Source: Eledone cirrhosa (Eukaryota). Taken from it: DNA of 64,000 nt. Location: NCBI GenBank assembly GCA_964016885.1, contig OZ024743.1, forward strand, positions 281,108,001 to 281,172,000. Direction: 5' to 3'. Position 1 is the stretch's first letter. Each line of letters begins with the position of its first letter. Of the stretch, positions 56,565 through 64,000 are shown piece after piece. The notes beneath the pieces were generated by a model that was not told where the DNA came from, did no database searches, and saw only the letters and a program-made list of their open reading frames with translations. Made by a program: the position numbers and the translations under genes.

Positions 56565-56820
56565 ATAATAATAAATTTGAAGACTAAAATCCAAAGAGGG
56601 CTCGATAAGGATAAATATATATCAAATATATAAGAAACGTAGAGCAAATATTTATTAAAATAACAGATTAAAGTTTAAGCAAAGAATCGCTGCTTTCACC
56701 CTTAACGGTTCCTTCTGAAACTAACAAAGTCAATCTGTAAACGCAGAAGTGGAAGATCCCGTTAAGGGTGAAAGCAGCGATTCTTTTCCTAAATATTTTA
56801 ATCTGTTATTTTAATAAATA
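56561..56820. mobile_element. Fold-back fragment (homologue at 25620-25722) with a degenerate HHR-like core
   Basis: Arms 56649-56708 / 56759-56819; GAAGA-tcccgttaagggt-GAAA; (TA)n flanks. Confidence 0.6.
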
Positions 56821-56847
56821 TATATATATATGTGAGTGTGTGTGTGT

Positions 56848-56921
<74 letters not shown>

Positions 56922-57772
56922 CTGTATGTGTGTATATATATGTGTGTTTGTGTGTGTGTATATGTGAGTATATGTGAGTATATGTGTATGAGTGATTATA
57001 TATGAGTGTGTGTACATGTATGAGTGTGTGCATACACATATATATATATGTCGGTATAGGTGTGTATGTGTAAATATAGATATGTATAAATATATGTGTA
57101 TTTGATTATGTGCACATGTGTAAATGTGTATTTATGTTTGCATCTATTTGTGCGTATGTATATTTTTGGTTGAGTATCAATGTAACTATACCTCTCTATA
57201 TATAGTGTGGATATATGCACTTTGTGATCTATGAAATTTATGCGTTTTGACTATGTCAACATGTATTTATCTGAGTTTGATTATTTATACATAGACATAC
57301 TTGATAGTATTTTAGAACGTATCATACGCTGTATTATACTAAGTGCAATTTACCACACCGTACTATATTGTGTTAGTTATATTATATTATTGCAATATTG
57401 TATTTCATTATCTTATTATAATTTTCATCTTTTAATATACTATCTCTCCTAGCCATGACCTTAATCTACATTCTCCTAAAAACTCCATACAACACTAATC
57501 ATCATTTATTTTTACATTCCTTTTAAACTTCACTATACCAGATACATTCAACTATCAATTTGACAATCCCTTTCCTCCTAATAGATTTTTTTATGGCAAT
57601 TCTATTATTAACACCATTCAACCATTCCTTTCAAAGGGTCATGACCTCAACTAAAGTGAATTACTTTTCATCTTAACATCATATGAAAAAAACAATTTGA
57701 TTGGTTAGTTCTTCAACTACCTCCAAATAAAGACAAGATACTAACATACTACTAATTCTGAATAAAATTATT

Positions 57773-57912
57773 ATTGCTTTTGAAAACAGCTGGTGATATG
57801 CATGTAAGTAAATATTCTCTTTATCTGATATTTTGTAACTAACCTTACATAGATCAATAACGAATTATAGCTACAATGTATTATCATCATCTAGAAACGA
57901 TCGTAAAGCAGT
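57773..57912 (+). ncRNA. Type I hammerhead, U3-A8 variant, with ~107-nt helix II domain
   Basis: attgctt-TTGAAAA-cagctggtgata...tatcatcatcta-GAAA-cgatcg-TA-aagcagt. Confidence 0.68.
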
Positions 57913-57970
57913 GAAGTATATCTCTAATGACTTGATTTTTTTATTTCATTGTTTTAACTTATATATATAA

Positions 57971-58048
<78 letters not shown>

Positions 58049-58199
58049 ATATATTTGTTACAATGGACAAACTGGACGACATGGAGAAATTAATGGAAAA
58101 CTTCGAGAACAACAAACATTCACCAATGCAAATAAAACTCAAAGCATTACAACCATTCCATTTTTAAACTCAAGCAGATAGAAAAAAAATATATATATA

Positions 58200-58722
58200 T
58201 CTTATATATAAAGTGAAGTTGGGCGTTGTTTGGTGTACCGAACTTGCATGCTACACCGTTCATCCAATTTTCATGAAACCTCACACATATATAAAACTCA
58301 ACGCGTAGAGTGGAATAGGGTACTTGAAAATTTCGAAAAATCGATAATCGGGACCCCAGAAGACAAAAATCGATATTTTCAAAAATCGATGAAACTCGAC
58401 GCAAGTGTGTATTTTGATCCGGGGATAAACGTGCGCTACATTAAATTTTCGAAAAATCGATAATTTGATCACCAGAGGCAAAAATCAGGACAACTCTAAC
58501 TTACTCTCTTTCCCTCTCTTCCACCTCACTGGCGCAGCCACACCTCCTGCCTGCTGATAAAATACATAGATAGATAAACACACACATATATAGTTATGTA
58601 TATACTCTCTTCCACCTCACTGGCGCAGCCAAAACCTCCTGCCTGCTGATAAAATACATAGATAGATAAACACACACATATATATATGTATATATGTATG
58701 TGTGTGTGTATATATATATATA

Positions 58723-58765
<43 letters not shown>

Positions 58766-59998
58766 ATATATATGTCGTCCCACTGCATCGTCATGCCTCA
58801 CCATGCCGCATCCATGCTCTGTCAGCCACCATGCCCTCCCCTTCCCTCTCCCTTACCCGCACGATTTGGCCCTTCACGAGTGCTATGGTTCACCATGCGG
58901 AATCCCTGCAACCGTCAATCCCGGCCATCTCCCTTCCCTGCACGCCGTCGTCCCACTGCATCGTCATGCATCACCATGCCGCATCAATGCTCTGTCAGCC
59001 GCCATCCCCTCCTTGGCCCTTTCTTTTTCCTGACCGCAGTGCTCCTTCAAGACTGCCATGGATCACCATGCGGCATCCTTGCCACCGTCCATCCCTGCCC
59101 TCTTCCTTGCCTGCTGGCCGTCGCCCCACTACATCTTCATGCCTCAGGATGCCGCCTCCATGCACTGTCAGCCACCATCCCATCCTCAGCCCTTTCTTTT
59201 GTCTCACCGCCGTGCTCCTTCAAGACTCCCATGGCTATCTATGCCGCATCAATTCCTTGCCACCCGCTTAAACGTCATCAGTATGGCTTATTGTTGCCTC
59301 ATTTGATCACCGATTTTCGCAGGCTAAACACAATACCAACGTGCACGATAGTCCATGGTAAATCTTTTTAATTACATGTTCTTGAGGCTGTTGCAAAGGG
59401 CAATAACCCTAGACGCAATTTTGATCAACTTTTTTTCACATATAGCAAATTTACCGGGACAGGTCTTTAGCTACTCAAATCTAATTCAGAAATCACGCGT
59501 TCATGTAAAAAATCAATAAAACTGAAGCGGGGGTTCGACTTTGCGCAAAAAACAAGGCAAAGTTGCAGATGGGATAATTTTTTACAGGAACGTCCGATTT
59601 TCGTGAAAACTGTCGCAAATGAATCGTCCATTATGCCGCGATTCAGATAAAGTCCCTTTTATTTCTTCTTCTGCACATGTGAGCGCCAAAATTGTAAAAA
59701 AAAAAAATATTTGAAAAAATCGACTTTTTCACCCTGCTTTAAAAATCAACTGAAAATTCAATTTAAAGTGAATTTGACTTCCGTCAGTCTTGCAAAGAAC
59801 AATTTCAACGATACACTGTGAACCTACAATTGATCCATTATTTATGCTCAATTACACACCTGCGTATACTAACCTCTGTTTTTTTCCTTGAGGTTCGAAG
59901 GTTTCTGCACCTGTGATGCGCGGGAAGTAACTTTCAAACATTTTTAACAACAGACTAAAGGTCGACTTACACCCGGGCAACGCCGGGTTCTTCTGGTA

Positions 59999-59999
<1 letters not shown>
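58200..59999 (+). mobile_element. Non-autonomous Helitron with internal tandem repeats
   Basis: 5' TCTTATATATAAAG; 3' hairpin ACCCGG-GCAACG-CCGGGT (59971-59988) then GTAG|T; repeats at 58515-58680 and 58775-59255. Confidence 0.8.
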
Positions 60000-60039
<40 letters not shown>

Positions 60040-60088
60040 AGGGCGATACCCCAGCATGGCCTCAGCCGGATGGCTGGAACAGTCAAAA

Positions 60089-60175
<87 letters not shown>

Positions 60176-60230
60176 TTAAACAAATAATGAATAAAACAAT
60201 GAAACAGTTCCTTATATTAAACAAAAAAAG

Positions 60231-60385
60231 TTCATTATTTAACGATCGTTTCTAGGATATATATGTGTTAGAATTGGCATGCATATTCAACAGATCTATG
60301 TACAAAATTATACAAAATTATACAAACTATCAAGATTAAATATACATACCAAACACACATATATGCCGTCTTCAGAAATAATGAA
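60231..60385 (-). ncRNA. Type I hammerhead with 10-bp helix I and ~116-nt helix II domain (orphan pLTR, family F)
   Basis: ttcattattt-CTGAAGA-cggcatatatgtgtgtttgg...ctaacacatatatatccta-GAAA-cgatcg-TT-aaataatgaa. Confidence 0.8.
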
Positions 60386-60996
60386 ATATATTTATTGATA
60401 ATAACAACAATTCAAAATTTCAGGTCCGTTTGGGAACGGAGTTCAAATTGACCAATGAAAATACAAAAAATTTTATGCAGTTTGGTGTGTGTATATACAT
60501 GTAACTAACCTCGTACACATATTTATACAAAGATATATGCTCAACATGCATACGCATGCCAAAAAGATGTATGCAAATACAAAAATTCAAGGCTAATGTC
60601 TCTGTAAGTTTATAATCCACAGATAAAATGCGTATAGACACATAAATATGAAATAAGTGTATACACATATTCTCATACCCACACATATCCGTACACTCAC
60701 ACACACGCGCGCGTATATGCATAAACATACGCATAATTACGAACATACATACACACACACACCCCCACACACATATATATGTGGATATAATATTATCATA
60801 AGCACATGGATATTAATTCACGCACATAAACACTGCCACACACATTTAGATCAAGATACAGAAATTAGGTGGGAGGGGGGAGAGGTCAGTATTCAACGGT
60901 TTGGGCAGACTGCTTATTTATAGATGTATCTATAAACTTAGAAATAAAAAGAAAAGAAAAGAAAAAGAAAAAAGAAAAAAGAAATATATCAAGAAA

Positions 60997-60999
<3 letters not shown>

Positions 61000-61027
<28 letters not shown>

Positions 61028-61504
61028 TACACATACAACACACACACACACACACATATATAAACATATACATATATATATATACACACATATACACACA
61101 TACATATATATATATATATACACATATATATACACATATATACACACACACATATATACACACACACATATATACACATACACGCACATATACATACACA
61201 TACATACTTATATACATACAGACATACACATACATACATATATATACACACATATACATACAGACATACATACATACATACACACATACACACATACATA
61301 CACACACATACATACTCATACATAGATATAGATATATATTCACATACACATACGCACTTACATATACGCATATATACAAATACTTACGCATCCATATATC
61401 GGTATATACATACAAACACCACTACACTCTCACACAACTCAGACATACAAAGAAAAAGGTATATACATATACACATATACACATACAAATAGAGATACAT
61501 ATAC

Positions 61505-61537
<33 letters not shown>

Positions 61538-61725
61538 CATACATATATACACATATATATATATATACACATACATACATGTACACACACATACACATAC
61601 ATACATACACACATACACACATACATATATAGTCACACACACACACACACCTACACAAACATACACATACACATATATAAAGATATATATACACACACAT
61701 ACACACACACACATATATAATAAAC

Positions 61726-61756
<31 letters not shown>

Positions 61757-62595
61757 TATATACACATATACATACACATATACGTACATACATACACATA
61801 CATACATACATATACACACATATATATATATATACACACATACACACATACATACATACACACACACATACATACACACACATACATACTCATACATAGA
61901 CATAGATATATATTCACACACACATACGCACTTACATATACGCATATATACAGATACATACGCATCCATATATGCGTATATACATACAAACACTACTACA
62001 CTCTCACACAACTCAGACATACAAAGAAAAAGGTATATACATATACATATAAACACACATTAATAGAGATACATATACACATATATATATATATATACAC
62101 ATACATATATATATATACCCACACACACATACAACCATAAACACACATACAAATACATACATACACACATATATACATATATATACACACACACAAAAAC
62201 ACACATACACATATATATTTTTACATATATATATATATATATATATACACATACACACCTTCACATATATACATATACACATAAGTTATATTATAATAAT
62301 AAATAATATATATATATACACATACGAATATATATATACACACATAGACATACATATATATATATACACACACACACACACACTCACATATATATGTGCG
62401 CACACGTACATATATACACATACACACATATACACATAAACATATACATGTGCATACATGTACATACACACATATACCCACATAGATACGAAGATACACA
62501 TATATATAGAGAGACATACATATACATACATATATATACATACACATACATACACACGTATATATATACACACACATACACGCCCACACACATAT

Positions 62596-62640
<45 letters not shown>

Positions 62641-62700
62641 TATACATGCATATATACACATACATATATATACATATATATATATACACACAATCATACA
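61000..62700. repeat. Cryptic (CA)/(TA) microsatellite with ~600-bp internal duplication
   Basis: CTACACTCTCACACAACTCAGACATACAAAGAAAAAGG at ~61421 and ~61995. Confidence 0.9.
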
Positions 62701-64000
62701 TTCTTATTTGCATGCGCATATATGTATTTTTATACTCAGATATAAACATCCAAACATATATACACCTACCTACATATATATTCATACTTACACGCTTACA
62801 AATACAGATGATAATAGTATGGGGGAAAGGGGGGGGGGGGAGAAGGGGATTATAGTAAATATATGTTTCAAGAAACATAGAATATTAATCTGTATTTGGA
62901 TCTCAATATATGTTTTTACATAGTTTCAGTGTTAGGAAATGCAAGAAATAAGGCAAAATTATGCATTTCAAAATAAATATACCATTAATTATATGTTAAC
63001 TAAACTAAAGATAGTTAACATATTGATTTCTAAGGTGTAAATTAGTTAGGTTTATAATATTTGAAGCAGAATTTTGAAGTTAAATAGTAGTAGAGTATTA
63101 ATTATAGTATAACTAAATTAAAGTTATTAACGTTATGGTATCTATATTAGGAAATGAATTTAGTAATAGGGAAAAAAACAAATAAAGTATTACATCGGTA
63201 GTAGAATATAAATTATAGGTTAACTAAATTAAAAAATTATATATTAATTTCTATAGTATATGTTAATTAGGTATATAATAAATAAAACAGATATTGTATT
63301 TTATCAATAGCAGAATATAATTATATGCAAATAGAAATCAAAATTAATACATATACATATACATATACATACACACATATATATATATATACACATACAC
63401 ATATATATACATACATACACATACATATACATACATACATATACATATTTTTTCAAAAATTGCAAAGAATATATTAACTAGGTATACATCCAAAACACAT
63501 CCCATTCTATGATTACATGACACTCTGCAATCCGTCTGTATTAGGATACTAATTTTAAGCCAATTAAATTAAATTTTTAGGTTGACTAAATTTAAAACCA
63601 AATTATAAATATATTTCTAAAATGTATATTAATTAGGTCTATAATACTAAAAATTAATTCTCTGTCATTGGATACACGATATTTTGTTATATTTTATCTG
63701 TAAAGGAATTTTAATAAAGGGTTAAATAAATTAAAATTAATCTATAAATTAAATTACTAAGTATATATTAGTAATATTTAAAGGTTTTTATGATTACACA
63801 ATATTTTATATTCTCATCTGTAGTAGAATTTTAATTAAATTAAATTTATAGGTTAACTAACATTTAAATTAAATTATATATTAATTTCTAAAATAATGTT
63901 ATTAATTAGGTTTATAATATTTAAATGTTTTTTTTAGTTTATGATTACACGATATAATTAATTCCTGTCGTTTATTTAATAGGATATCCTTAGATTTCAT

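Larger units (their letters stand above)
55126..57962 (+). mobile_element. 5'-truncated PLE (family D) with inverted pLTR, interrupted by nested insertions (~56260-57200)
   Basis: 55258-55418 is the reverse complement of 57803-57962; GIY-YIG ORF in between. Confidence 0.82.

Noticed and set aside
58586-59371. Overlapping 190-225 aa ORFs as a captured gene
   Set aside because: They start in microsatellite and are open in several frames because of GC-rich repeats
62930-64000. AT-rich region with recurring TAGGTTAACTAAATT
   Set aside because: Probably an old degenerate tandem repeat; I could not define the unit reliably

Overview
Eukaryotic, AT-rich, microsatellite-dense DNA. The SINE and microsatellite make-up suggests an octopod cephalopod, but this is an inference. 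Almost all short ORFs in the track are microsatellite artefacts. The real content is transposable elements: two near-complete Penelope-like elements (PLEs; RT + C-terminal GIY-YIG) side by side (41219-45610, 45644-50620), a Neptune-like PLE, several PLE remnants, a full-length Tx1/L1 LINE inserted at a (GATA)n edge, non-autonomous Helitrons, hAT and Tc1/mariner MITEs, SINEs and a 29-bp satellite. The most striking signal is non-coding. About 16 complete type I hammerhead ribozyme (HHR) motifs, plus several decayed ones, can be read by eye from at least six sequence families, nearly all in modules bounded by (TA)n. They include U3-A8 covariant cores, a C3/A8 core and helix II inserts of more than 100 nt. 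A ~360-bp protein-free palindrome with one HHR on each strand occurs twice, 49 kb apart, with an identical loop junction and identical asymmetric ends, so it appears to be a mobile unit in its own right. Three phase-compatible candidate exons hint that all of this lies in the introns of a + strand host gene. All calls were made by eye, with no alignment, folding or database search.
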